From contig JAIMBB010000002.1 of the NCBI GenBank assembly GCA_023511655.1, positions 928-64,927 on the forward strand: a DNA stretch of 64,000 nucleotides, written 5' to 3'. This stretch comes from Anaerolineae bacterium. GTDB taxonomy: Bacteria; Chloroflexota; Anaerolineae; J036; Brachytrichaceae. Numbering within the stretch: the first letter of the stretch is position 1; every line of letters starts with the position of its first letter. A program made the translations under genes and the position numbers. Positions 27,481-36,894 of this stretch are shown one piece after another. Under the pieces are notes generated by a model. It worked only from the letters and a program-made list of their open reading frames with translations, was not told the DNA's origin and searched no databases.

Positions 27481-29336
27481 AGACCAACGCGGCCCGCATC
27501 GCACATCTTCGCAATATCCGTGAAGGCGACCGAAGCCCCGGCCCGGGACGAAGGGGATGCACTGGCGCCCGCAGAGCACTGATGACGCTGCTCGGCTGGG
27601 CCCTGCTCGCCACGGCGTGCGGCAGCGCCGCGGAGGAGACACCCGTCGCGCAAGCGCCCACTATCACGCCTATTGTCATCACACTCGAACCGTCCCCTTC
27701 GCCTATTGTCATCGTCATAGACGTATCGCCCACGGCTGTGCCGATCCCGCCGCCCACAGCGACCATGCCACCCACGGCTACTCCGCTGCCCACTGCGACG
27801 CCCGCACCTAGCCCAACGCCGCACCCTGCGCCGACGAATACGCCTGCGCCAAATCCGTCGCCCACGCTCGCTCCCTCTCCCACGCCCATGCCCGAAGCTG
27901 CGCCTGCGCTCCAGCTAGAGGCGCTCACCGGAAACGATGTGAAGTTGCCGGAGGTGCCGATCTCCGCGACGACTGGCATCACAGCAACGGCGCTGTTCTC
28001 GCTCACCGAGGTGCCGCCGCCTGTGTCGCCAGTGAAGCTGCCCCCAGGCACCATCAACATCGCGCTGCTCGGGTTGGATGCACGGCCCGGCGGTGGGGGA
28101 TCGCTGACCGACGTCATCATCATCGCCAGCATTGACCCACACGTGCCGGCTGTAACACTGCTGTCCATCCCGCGCGATACGCTGGTCTACATTCCGAATC
28201 GGCGGATGGCGAAAGTCAACACCGCCTTCGCTGCCGGCCCGGACGTGTTCAAGCAGACCGTCAAATACAACTTTGGCCTGAACGTGGACTACTACGCCAC
28301 GGTGAATTTCGCCGGCGTGGTGAACGCTGTCAACACTCTGGGCGGCATTGACATCATCGCCACCTGTCCGCTCTACCAGGTCTTCCTCAGGGATCCGTAT
28401 TACTTCGCCGACCCGGTCACGCCGCTCACCGTCACCGTGCCTTATACCGACACGTTCACCGGCGAGGTCTGGGAGCCCGGCCAGCCGGTTCCCACCCAGA
28501 CCATCTACATCCCGCGCCCAGGCGTATACACGCTGAACGGTATGCAGACCCTGGCCTACGCGCGTGCTCGCTATGGCGTGCCGGGCGGCGATGTAGACCG
28601 CACCCGACGTGCGCAGCGCGTTGTGCGCGCGTTGCTCAACAAGGCGCGCAGCAACGGCTTGATCACGATCGCGCGCCTACCGGCGTTGCTCGACCAGTTC
28701 AGCCGCAATGTCAAGACCGATCTCACGCTTGACCAAATCCTGGCCCTGGCAGCGCAGGCCGACCGCTTCGACGACGGCATCATCCGCAGCCGCTATCTGG
28801 ACGGCGTCGGCATGACCGGCGTAACGCTGCCGGTGGTCGGTTCTGTGCTCATCCCCGACCGCGACAACATCACGCCCTACTTGCAGATGGCTATGAACGT
28901 GCCGCTCAACCAGCAAGCCGGCAGCGGCATTCCGGTCGAAGTGTGGAATGGCACGCGCCAGCCCGATTTCGGCCTGGTGGTGGCCGATCGTCTGCGCGAG
29001 CTGGGCTTCAGCGTGGTGAGCATCCAGGATGCGGGAAGCGTCTATCCCAAGACTCAGGTCATTGATTTCACCACCACGGCCAAGGGCAGCGCCATTCCGC
29101 TGCTACAACGGACGCTCGGCGTCCGGCCGGAGAACATCATCGCCCAGCCCAACCCCGAAGGCCCGCGCTATCGCATCATTGCCGGACAGGACTTCGATCC
29201 GTGTTACTACAAAACCACGCCGCCCAACGTGCGTCACATCCCGTCTCCGGTCCAGCCTGCCGCTCCCGATCCGGATGCAGCGGCGAACGGCGCCGACCCG
29301 AACCAGCCGGTGGACGGCGCACTGTCCAATCCGTAA
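27477..29336 (+). CDS. LCP (LytR-CpsA-Psr) family cell-envelope glycopolymer transferase
   Basis: TM anchor, Pro/Thr-rich spacer, LCP core (INIALLGLDARPGG..TDVIIIASID..LLSIPRDT) and a LytR_C-like tail. ATG 27477 overlaps the CHAD gene stop (ATGA). Confidence 0.85.
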   Translation: MKTNAARIAHLRNIREGDRSPGPGRRGCTGARRALMTLLGWALLATACGSAAEETPVAQAPTITPIVITLEPSPSPIVIVIDVSPTAVPIPPPTATMPPTATPLPTATPAPSPTPHPAPTNTPAPNPSPTLAPSPTPMPEAAPALQLEALTGNDVKLPEVPISATTGITATALFSLTEVPPPVSPVKLPPGTINIALLGLDARPGGGGSLTDVIIIASIDPHVPAVTLLSIPRDTLVYIPNRRMAKVNTAFAAGPDVFKQTVKYNFGLNVDYYATVNFAGVVNAVNTLGGIDIIATCPLYQVFLRDPYYFADPVTPLTVTVPYTDTFTGEVWEPGQPVPTQTIYIPRPGVYTLNGMQTLAYARARYGVPGGDVDRTRRAQRVVRALLNKARSNGLITIARLPALLDQFSRNVKTDLTLDQILALAAQADRFDDGIIRSRYLDGVGMTGVTLPVVGSVLIPDRDNITPYLQMAMNVPLNQQAGSGIPVEVWNGTRQPDFGLVVADRLRELGFSVVSIQDAGSVYPKTQVIDFTTTAKGSAIPLLQRTLGVRPENIIAQPNPEGPRYRIIAGQDFDPCYYKTTPPNVRHIPSPVQPAAPDPDAAANGADPNQPVDGALSNP

Positions 29337-29451
29337 CAACCTGCGCCGCCGACGCCAGCAGCTGATCCAAACACGCCGACAGCCACGCCCACGGCACAGG
29401 ACACGCCGCCCGTCGAGCCTTCGCCCACGCCAGGGCAGGGAGGGTGATCGC

Positions 29452-30153
29452 ATGACGGAGGAAGAGGCAGTCGGCGGGGTGAAAGCGCTCATCTTCGATT
29501 TCGACGGCACGTTGCTCGATACCGAAACGCCCGAATATCACGCCTGGCAACAGATCTACCGCGAACACGGCGTCAGTCTGACGCTGGCTGAGTGGCTGGA
29601 AGGCGTCGGCACCTGGTATGCCTTCGACCCGTATGTGGACCTGGCGCGCAAGCTAGGCCGGCCGCCCGATCGCGCTGCCATCCAGGCGCGGTTGAAGGCG
29701 TTGCATCACGACGTATTGTTGGAGATGGACCTGCGCGACGGCGTAGCGCATTTGCTGCAGGAAGCGCGTCGGCGCGGCTTAAAGCTGGCTGTCGCCTCGA
29801 GTTCTTCGCATGCCTGGGTGGATGCACACCTGGAGCGCTACGGCTTATTGACGCTCTTCGACGTCATCAAATGCCGCGACGACGTGCCGCCCGGCCGTAG
29901 CAAGCCGCATCCGGATTTGTATCTGGCCGCGCTCGATGCGCTGGGGGTGAGCGCCGGCCAGGCCATCGCCTTCGAGGACTCGCTCAACGGTGTGCGCGCA
30001 GCGCGGGCGGCGAGCCTCTTCACCGTCGCCGTCGCCAACCCGATCACTCGACACCTGCCTTTGGACGAAGCGGATCGCGTGGTGCACTCGTTCGCTGAAG
30101 TGGAGTTGGATCAATTGCTGGCGGCGCGCCGGTTCGCGCAACCCAAGCCGTAG
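29452..30153 (+). CDS. HAD-superfamily hydrolase (beta-phosphoglucomutase-like subfamily)
   Basis: Motif I DFDGTLLDT, cap domain, motif IV FEDSLNG. GGGAGGG SD before ATG 29452. Confidence 0.85.
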   Translation: MTEEEAVGGVKALIFDFDGTLLDTETPEYHAWQQIYREHGVSLTLAEWLEGVGTWYAFDPYVDLARKLGRPPDRAAIQARLKALHHDVLLEMDLRDGVAHLLQEARRRGLKLAVASSSSHAWVDAHLERYGLLTLFDVIKCRDDVPPGRSKPHPDLYLAALDALGVSAGQAIAFEDSLNGVRAARAASLFTVAVANPITRHLPLDEADRVVHSFAEVELDQLLAARRFAQPKP

Positions 30154-30160
30154 GAAATGT

Positions 30161-30212
30161 GCGCGGCGCATTCGCGCGGCGCATTCGCGCGGCGCATTCG
30201 CGCGGCGCATCT
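30161..30212. repeat. Tandem 13-nt repeat GCGCGGCGCATTC (4 copies)
   Basis: Read directly. It begins 8 nt after the HAD stop codon, in a convergent gap with dcd. Confidence 0.9.
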
Positions 30213-30252
30213 ACGATCGTCTGCCGGCGTTGGGCCGTCAACGCACGGGCGG

Positions 30253-30813
30253 CTAGTTCTCGATGCGCGGCAGCGTCACGCCGGTCTGGCCTTGGTATTT
30301 GCCCTTTTTGTCGGCGTAGCTCTGCTCGCAAACGCCATCGCCGGCCAGGAAGAGGAGCTGCGCGATGCCCTCGTTGGCGTATACCTTGGCCGGCAGTGGG
30401 GTGGTGTTGCTGATCTCCAGCGTCAGGTAGCCCTCCCATTCCGGTTCCAGCGGCGTAACGTTGACGATCAGCCCACAGCGCGCATAGGTGGACTTGCCCA
30501 CACAAATGGTGAGCACGTCCCGCGGGATGCGGAAATACTCCACCGTGCGGCTGAGCACGAACGAGTTGGGCGGGATGATGCAGACGGGTCCCTTGAAGTC
30601 CACGAACGACTGCGATACAAAGTTCTTGGGGTCCACGACGGCCGAGTTGACGTTCGTGAAGATCTTGAACTCGTCGCTCACCCGGATGTCGTAGCCATAG
30701 GATGAGAGGCCATAGCTCACCACGTTCTGTCGCACCGAGCCCTCGACGAAAGGTTCGATCATGCCGCGTTCTTTGGCCATGCGGCGAATCCAGTGATCGG
30801 GTTTGATGCCCAT
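30253..30813 (-). CDS. dcd: dCTP deaminase
   Basis: 186 aa. N-terminus [18 protein letters not shown] and SSYGYDIR are typical of Dcd. Confidence 0.9.
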   Translation of the reverse strand: MGIKPDHWIRRMAKERGMIEPFVEGSVRQNVVSYGLSSYGYDIRVSDEFKIFTNVNSAVVDPKNFVSQSFVDFKGPVCIIPPNSFVLSRTVEYFRIPRDVLTICVGKSTYARCGLIVNVTPLEPEWEGYLTLEISNTTPLPAKVYANEGIAQLLFLAGDGVCEQSYADKKGKYQGQTGVTLPRIEN

Positions 30814-30979
30814 TGTGAATCGGGAATGGAGAATTGGAATTGGTGTGTCGCGAAGCGCCGTGCAGGCAGCCTCCGCGAAGATTCGATTCTATACGCGGCG
30901 GTGGCGCAGGGCGAGGGTCACTGCCACACCGCCAGGCCGAGCTGACCATGACCCGTGCGGCCTTCACCCTTTCGCCAAT

Positions 30980-32779
30980 TCACATGCGCTCCGGCGCACT
31001 CAAGCCCATGAGGGTGAGCGTCTTGGCCAGCGTCACCCGCGTCGCGCGCGCCAGTTGCAGGCGCGCAAAGGCGACTTCTGGTGGGGAACCCTTGATCCGG
31101 CAATCCTCGTAGAACTTGCTGAAGGCCTGGGTCACCTCGCGCGCATAGGTGGTGTAGTGGTGAGGTTGCAACGTTGTGGTCACCAGCTCGACGATCTCTG
31201 GCAGTTGTAACAGCTTGCGGATGAGCGCCAGCTCCGAGGGATGCTCGAAGTTGACCATCGAGGATTGAGAATCACGAGCCGCGTCCGGCAACCAGCCTTC
31301 CTCTTTCGCCTTGCGCTCAATTGAGCAAATGCGGGCGTGGCCGTATTGCACGTAATAGACCGGATTGTCCTCGTTTTGCTGCTTCAGCACGTCCAGGTCG
31401 AAGGTGAACTTGGTGTCTATGCTGCGCGAGAGCATGATGTAGCGGAAGGCGTCGGGGCCGATCTCGTCCAGCACGTCGTCAATCAGCAGCGCGTTGCCCT
31501 TGCGCTTGCCCATGCGCACTTCCTGCCCGCCGCTCATCAGCGTGATGAAGCGATAGATCACGATGCGCACTGCGCCCTCCGGCAGGCCGAGCGCGCGCGC
31601 GGCGGCATATAGCCGGGCCACGTCGGCCTGGTGGTCTTCGCCCCACACGTAGATGGCCGGGTTGAAGCCGCGCAGCATCACTTTGTGCCAGGCGTAAGGG
31701 ATGTCGCTGGCGAAATACGTCGGTCGCTCGTCGGGGTCGGCGATCACCTTTGGCGAGCGGATCAACACGGCCTGCACCGGCAAGCTGTGACCCTGCTCGT
31801 CCTTGTCGGCAGCGTAGTCTTCGTCGCTGCGGCGTTGCCCCTGACCGCCCCGGATGGGCGAGCCATCTTCGCTGAACCACAGCGCCCCGTCGTGCTCCAA
31901 TACCAGCCCGCGCGATTTGAGCAAAGCAATCATCTGCTCGCCCAGCCCGCTTGTCCACAGACTCTTCTCGCTGAAGAAATTGTCGTAGCGAATGTTCAAG
32001 CGGGTCATGGTGCGCTTGATGTTCTCCATCACTTCGGCGATGCCCAGTCGGCCCAGTGCGCGCACGGCCTCGTCTTTGGGCATGCGTAGAAAGCGATCGC
32101 CTTCGCGCCGCGCAATCAGGCTCGCCACTTCTTGCACATCTTCGCCCTGGTAGCCGCGTTCGGGCAAGGGTTCGTCTCGGCCCAAGGCCTGTGCATAGCG
32201 CGCATACACGCTGGCGCCGAAGACACGCACCTGGCTGCCGGCGTCGTTGATATACCACTCGCGGTGCACCTGGTATCCCGCCGCTTCGAGCGTGTTGGCC
32301 AGGGTGTCGCCCACCACCACGTTGCGGCCGGTGCCGATCGTCGCGTAGCCGGTGGGGTTGGCGCTGCCATGCTCCACCTGCGCCTTGCGCCCTTTGCCGA
32401 TCTCGATATTGCCCCATGCCTGGTCTTGTCGGTTGATGATGGTCACTACGTGCGCCAGGAAGGCCGGCGTCAGGCGAAAGTTGATGAAGCCGCCGGCGAC
32501 TTCGACCGTGAAAGCAGGCAGTGTCGCTTCCGGCGCTTGCAGCATCTCGGCCACTGTCGCTACCTTGATGCGCCTGGCGACGATCTCGGCGATCCTGGGT
32601 GGGGGCATTCTGGCCGCGCGCGCCAGTTGCAGCGCGACGTTCGTGGCATAGTCGCCCATCTCCGGCTGGCGCGGATGCTCGACGGTGATCGGTGGGATGG
32701 GAAAGGCGGGCAACTCATCCGCGGCCTGTGCGTCGGCGATGGCTGCAGCGATGAGCGTGCTGAGGTGGTCGCGAATCAT
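30980..32779 (-). CDS. argS: Arginine--tRNA ligase
   Basis: 599 aa. Class I HIGH-type motif (HGSANPTG), an anticodon-binding DALR-like C-terminus, and the terminal M typical of ArgS. Confidence 0.95.
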   Translation of the reverse strand: MIRDHLSTLIAAAIADAQAADELPAFPIPPITVEHPRQPEMGDYATNVALQLARAARMPPPRIAEIVARRIKVATVAEMLQAPEATLPAFTVEVAGGFINFRLTPAFLAHVVTIINRQDQAWGNIEIGKGRKAQVEHGSANPTGYATIGTGRNVVVGDTLANTLEAAGYQVHREWYINDAGSQVRVFGASVYARYAQALGRDEPLPERGYQGEDVQEVASLIARREGDRFLRMPKDEAVRALGRLGIAEVMENIKRTMTRLNIRYDNFFSEKSLWTSGLGEQMIALLKSRGLVLEHDGALWFSEDGSPIRGGQGQRRSDEDYAADKDEQGHSLPVQAVLIRSPKVIADPDERPTYFASDIPYAWHKVMLRGFNPAIYVWGEDHQADVARLYAAARALGLPEGAVRIVIYRFITLMSGGQEVRMGKRKGNALLIDDVLDEIGPDAFRYIMLSRSIDTKFTFDLDVLKQQNEDNPVYYVQYGHARICSIERKAKEEGWLPDAARDSQSSMVNFEHPSELALIRKLLQLPEIVELVTTTLQPHHYTTYAREVTQAFSKFYEDCRIKGSPPEVAFARLQLARATRVTLAKTLTLMGLSAPERM

Positions 32780-32859
32780 GACGTTGGTTTGATAGATCGT
32801 ATTCTAACAACAGCGCGCCCTGATTTTCAGGTTGCCGAATCGGGTGTTTACTGGTTGCC

Positions 32860-33651
32860 ATGGCGATGCACTCTTTTGACTACCGACGAATGTTTGATCT
32901 CACCGGCCGGTTGGCGCTCGTGGTAGGCGCGGGCAGCGGCATCGGCGAAGCTTCTGCGCATGGCCTGTCGGCGCACGGCGCGCGCGTGATCTGCGCGGAT
33001 CTCGATCTCACAGCCGCGCAGCGCGTGGCGCGGGACATCGGCGCAAATGCCGATGCGCTCCAACTTGACATGCGCGACTCAGCAGCCATCGCTGCTGCGC
33101 TGGGCACCGTGCCACCGCCCGACGTGCTGGTCAGCACGCCCAGCATCAACGTGCGCAAGCCGTTGCTGGAGATCAGCGATGACGAGTTCGACCGCGTGAT
33201 CGCGCTGAACCTGCGCGGCACGTTCTTGCTGATGCGCCATGTGGGGCGCGGCATGGCCGAGCGCGGCCGCGGCAGCATCATCGTATTCAGCAGCATTCGG
33301 GGCGAGGTGGTCGAGCCTGGGCAAGGCGTATATGCTGCCACCAAGGCCGGCGCGCGCCAGATGTGTCGTGCGCTGGCCGCCGAACTTGGGACGCGCGGCG
33401 TGCGGGTGAACCTGATCGCGCCGGGCGTGGTCGAGACGCCGCTTACCGAGCCGATCCGCCAGCATCCCGAATGGTACCGCGCCTATGCCGAGAAGAACGC
33501 CTTCAAGCGCTGGGCGCAGCCCCACGAGATGGCCGGCGCCGTGGTGTACCTCGCCTCCGACGCGAGTTCCTACGTCACCGGCGCGGTGTTGTACGTGGAC
33601 GGTGGATGGACTGCGCAAGACGGGCGTTTTACGCCGCCGCTGGCTCGATAG
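32860..33651 (+). CDS. SDR-family oxidoreductase
   Basis: 263 aa. Cofactor motif GAGSGIG, catalytic YAATKAG (YxxxK), NLIAPG motif. Confidence 0.9.
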   Translation: MAMHSFDYRRMFDLTGRLALVVGAGSGIGEASAHGLSAHGARVICADLDLTAAQRVARDIGANADALQLDMRDSAAIAAALGTVPPPDVLVSTPSINVRKPLLEISDDEFDRVIALNLRGTFLLMRHVGRGMAERGRGSIIVFSSIRGEVVEPGQGVYAATKAGARQMCRALAAELGTRGVRVNLIAPGVVETPLTEPIRQHPEWYRAYAEKNAFKRWAQPHEMAGAVVYLASDASSYVTGAVLYVDGGWTAQDGRFTPPLAR

Positions 33652-33738
33652 TGTCGTTGGTGTCGGTAGTGTCATTAGTGTCGTGGACACCAGTGACACC
33701 AACGACACCGTCCGACACCATTGACACCATCCGACACT
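33651..33738. repeat. Palindromic 9-nt tandem array: 4 x GTGTCNNNN followed by 6 x GACACCNNN
   Basis: GTGTC at 33651, 33660, 33669 and 33678. GACAC at 33686, 33695, 33704, 33714, 33723 and 33733. The array fills the whole SDR-M20 intergenic gap. Confidence 0.9.
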
Positions 33739-33746
33739 AAAAACCC

Positions 33747-34994
33747 ATGCTCTCCGAAAACGAAAAGCACGCCCTCAACTTGATTGACGATGATGAATTG
33801 ATCGGCTGGGTGCAGGCGCTCACGCGCATCCCAAGCGTGTGGAAGCCGGCCGAAGGCATCGGCGAAGAAGCTGCAGCGCGCTGGATCGAAGCGCGCTGTC
33901 ACGAGATCGGCCTGGAGACGCACTTCGAGTTCGTCGTCCCCGGCCGGCCCAACGTGATCGCCTTCCTGCGCAGCCGCCCAGGCACGACTCCTGATGCGCC
34001 CTACCCAACGCTCATGTTCGAAGGTCACACCGATGTGGTGACCGAAGGCGACCCGGCGCAATGGACGCATCCACCGTTCGGCGCGGTGATTCGCGATGGG
34101 CGCATCTACGGCCGTGGCGCAAATGACATGAAGGCTGGCTTGTGCTGTGCGTTGATGGCGATCAAGTCCATCCAACGCAGCGGCGTGGCGCTCGCCGGCG
34201 ACATCGTGCTCGGGGCGGTGTGCGACGAAGAGGGCAGCATGATCGGCATCAAGCACTTCGTCGAACGTGGCTGGGCTGATCGGGTGACAGCTTGCATCGT
34301 GTGCGAGCCGGAGGAGAACCACCTGTGCATCGCGCAGAAGGGGGTGATGTGGGTGCGCTGCGTCATCCACGGGGTGATGGCCCATGGAGCAATGCCGCTG
34401 ACCGGCGTGAACGCTGCCTACCCGCTGGCCCGCTTTCTCAGCCAGGTGCACGCCCTCGAAGAGCGCGAGATCGTCCGTCATGGCCGGCACGAGTTCCTCG
34501 GCCAGCCCAGCATCACGCCGACGATCGTGATGTCGCCCGCGCGTGGTGGAGGTGAGCCCCAGAACAACGTCATGCCCGGCGCGGCAGAGTGCGTCCTGGA
34601 TGTGCGCCTGATCCCCGGCCAGGATCCCGAAGACATTGCCCGGCGCATCGAAACGATGCTCGCAGCGAGCGTCGCTGTTGACGGTCGGCTGCGCGGCGAG
34701 GTGCAGGTGATCGAGGTGCGCTACCCTACCAGCACTGACCGCCATCACCCCATCGTGCAGGCGCTGGCCGGCGCATACGCCGACCTGACTGGCGCGCCGC
34801 CGGTCTACGGCGGTGTGCCGGGCAGCACCGATGGCACCATTTTGCATGCGCGCAAGGGCATCCCCATCGTCACTTGTGGCCCGGGCGACATTCACATCCC
34901 GCACCACGTGGACGAGTGGGTGAGCATCGAGGAGATCAAACTGGCGGCCCGCCTGTACGTGCTGGCAGCGATAAGATATCTGGGACACCAATGA
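33747..34994 (+). CDS. M20-family metallopeptidase (ArgE/DapE/ACY1-like)
   Basis: 415 aa. HTDVV metal motif, CDEEG, and a dimerisation-domain insert. Confidence 0.85.
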   Translation: MLSENEKHALNLIDDDELIGWVQALTRIPSVWKPAEGIGEEAAARWIEARCHEIGLETHFEFVVPGRPNVIAFLRSRPGTTPDAPYPTLMFEGHTDVVTEGDPAQWTHPPFGAVIRDGRIYGRGANDMKAGLCCALMAIKSIQRSGVALAGDIVLGAVCDEEGSMIGIKHFVERGWADRVTACIVCEPEENHLCIAQKGVMWVRCVIHGVMAHGAMPLTGVNAAYPLARFLSQVHALEEREIVRHGRHEFLGQPSITPTIVMSPARGGGEPQNNVMPGAAECVLDVRLIPGQDPEDIARRIETMLAASVAVDGRLRGEVQVIEVRYPTSTDRHHPIVQALAGAYADLTGAPPVYGGVPGSTDGTILHARKGIPIVTCGPGDIHIPHHVDEWVSIEEIKLAARLYVLAAIRYLGHQ

Positions 34995-35016
34995 CACCCT
35001 CGACACCATCGACACC
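34984..35016. repeat. Tandem GACACCNNN repeat (4 copies) bridging two CDSs
   Basis: GACACC at 34984, 34993, 35002 and 35011. It supplies the last codons and stop of the M20 gene and ends immediately before ATG 35017. Confidence 0.9.
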
Positions 35017-36015
35017 ATGAACCCCACCCTCACCGCCATTCCCGGCCTGAAAGTGGGCCATTGGACGAATCGCGAATGCGGCACGGGTTGCACGGTCGTG
35101 CTGTGCCCCGAGGGCGCAGTGGCCGGCGTAGATATCCGCGGCGGCGCGCCAGGCACGCGCGAGACGCCGTTGCTCGAACCGACCAGCGCGGTCGAGAAGG
35201 TGCATGCCGTGCTGCTGAGCGGCGGCAGCGCCTATGGCCTCTCGGCAGCCGATGGCGTCATGCGCTGGCTGGAGGAGCGCGGCTATGGCTTCGACGTCGG
35301 CGTGGCGAAGGTGCCTATTGTGCCGGCGGCCATCTTGTTTGATCTGCCGGTGGCCCGCGCCGACGTGCGACCGGATGCAGCGGCCGGATACGCAGCGTGC
35401 GAAGCGGCCACCGATGCCCCCGTCGAACAAGGCAACGTCGGGGTGGGCACGGGCGCCACATGCGGCAAGGCGCTTGGCTTCGCGCAGGCGACGAAGGCTG
35501 GCGTCGGTTCGGCGGCGATCCGCCTGGCGAGCGGTGCCATTGTCGCGGCGCTGGTCGCCGTCAATGCCTTCGGCGACGTGATTGACCGACACACCGGCCG
35601 CATCATCGCCGGCGCGCGCAAGCCCGATGGCAGCGGCTTCGCCGACACGATGGCTTACCTGGCGAGCCTGGACGATTTGACCATCGCCCGCCTGGCCGAG
35701 CGGCTCCGTGGTCAGAACACCACCCTGGCTGTCGTAGCTACCAACGTCGCCCTCAGCAAGAACCACACCATTAAGGTGGCGCAAATGGCGCACAACGGCC
35801 TGGCCCGCGTCATCCGGCCGATCCATACCATGCTCGACGGCGACACCATCTTCGCCTTGTCGCTGGGCGAGCTGCGCGCCGACGTGAGCTTGCTGGGCGA
35901 GCTTGCCGCCGACGCCGTTGCGCAGGCCGTCGTCAACGCCGTGCTGGCCGCCGAGCCGTTGGGCGGGTTGCCTTGCGCGCGGGGGTTCCTGCCCGAGCAG
36001 AGGGACGAGTTATAA
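35017..36015 (+). CDS. P1/S58-family aminopeptidase (DmpA-like)
   Basis: 332 aa. N-terminus AIPGLKVGHWTN...GCTVVL and GAPGTRE are typical of DmpA/BapA-type Ntn hydrolases. Confidence 0.85.
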   Translation: MNPTLTAIPGLKVGHWTNRECGTGCTVVLCPEGAVAGVDIRGGAPGTRETPLLEPTSAVEKVHAVLLSGGSAYGLSAADGVMRWLEERGYGFDVGVAKVPIVPAAILFDLPVARADVRPDAAAGYAACEAATDAPVEQGNVGVGTGATCGKALGFAQATKAGVGSAAIRLASGAIVAALVAVNAFGDVIDRHTGRIIAGARKPDGSGFADTMAYLASLDDLTIARLAERLRGQNTTLAVVATNVALSKNHTIKVAQMAHNGLARVIRPIHTMLDGDTIFALSLGELRADVSLLGELAADAVAQAVVNAVLAAEPLGGLPCARGFLPEQRDEL

Positions 36016-36071
36016 CGCCTCGCCCCCGTAGTTGATCGTCTTGAGGGGGTGTCTTCGCGAAAAGGAGCAAA

Positions 36072-36129
36072 AACCTCCCGCAGGTTGCTCACCCAAGTTG
36101 TGACAGCCGGCAAAAATCTGCGGGAGGTT
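36072..36129. terminator. 12-bp perfect-stem hairpin with a 34-nt loop in a convergent gap
   Basis: AACCTCCCGCAG (36072-36083) pairs with CTGCGGGAGGTT (36118-36129). It could be a bidirectional terminator or a small structured RNA. Confidence 0.35.
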
Positions 36130-36200
36130 GTCACTGCCTATGGCCGTGTGCACCCGGATTGAGCGTAAAGCAATGCCTGCGCCAGAGCCGCTGCAAGGTC

Positions 36201-36761
36201 CTACGCCGTGCGCGCCTTCAAAGAGGCCTCGACCGCGACCATGACGAGCGGGATGATGATGGCGCAGCCGACCAGCTCGATGAGCGCCTGTGGAATGATG
36301 GCGGGAACGACCGAGATAGGCACCTGGCCGAGGAGGAGGGCAATGCCGACGGCAGTCACGGTATTGGTCAGTGCGCCGGCGGCGCCGGCAGCGGCCCCGG
36401 CGATGATCGTGTTGGTCGTGTCACCCGGATCTCGCTTTAGGGCGCGGTAGACCAACCACGCCACCAGCGCGAAGGCCAGGCGCGGCACGATCAGGGTGAT
36501 CGGCCCAAACGCCGCCGTAGCCGGCAGGATCAGGTACATCACGCCCATGATCAACCCGGCGAACATCCCGACTAGGGGGCCGCCGATGATCGCACCGAGG
36601 ATGACCGGGATGAGCAACGTCGTCATCGCCCCGCTCAGGTTCGGCACGGGGATCGAGCCGATGCCGATCACTTGCAGTGCGATGACCATAGCGCCGAAGA
36701 TGGCGGCTAGCACGATCGTGCGCGTGTTGACCGACCAGGGATCAGAGGTTGCCGTTGTCAT
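36201..36761 (-). CDS. ECF-transporter S (substrate-capture) component, substrate unknown
   Basis: 186 aa with 5-6 TM helices. IPVPNLSGAMTTLLIPVILGAIIGGP pattern. AAGGAGAG SD before ATG 36761. Divergent from the ECF A/T genes. Confidence 0.65.
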   Translation of the reverse strand: MTTATSDPWSVNTRTIVLAAIFGAMVIALQVIGIGSIPVPNLSGAMTTLLIPVILGAIIGGPLVGMFAGLIMGVMYLILPATAAFGPITLIVPRLAFALVAWLVYRALKRDPGDTTNTIIAGAAAGAAGALTNTVTAVGIALLLGQVPISVVPAIIPQALIELVGCAIIIPLVMVAVEASLKARTA

Positions 36762-36894
36762 GTGAACTCTCCTTTTCTTCTTGTGATTCGTCTGGGTAGA
36801 AGACCGGTCTGGTGATCGTGTTGTGGGCCGGCCGTTGTGCGCGCGTTTACAATCGAAGCGATACCGAAGCGCTCCCAGGTTCGATTCTGCAAAC

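Noticed and set aside
29029-29451. N-terminal 141-aa extension of the HAD hydrolase ORF as given in the track
   Set aside because: The extension is an Arg/Pro/Ser-rich out-of-context translation that overlaps the LCP gene 3' end. A good SD (GGGAGGG) precedes ATG 29452, which yields the canonical DxDGT N-terminus.
36878-36887. GGTTCGATTC, a tRNA T-loop-like decamer
   Set aside because: The flanking bases cannot form a 5-bp T stem, and there is no acceptor or anticodon arm. The decamer lies in the start region of the ECF ATPase gene (it encodes ...PRFDS...).
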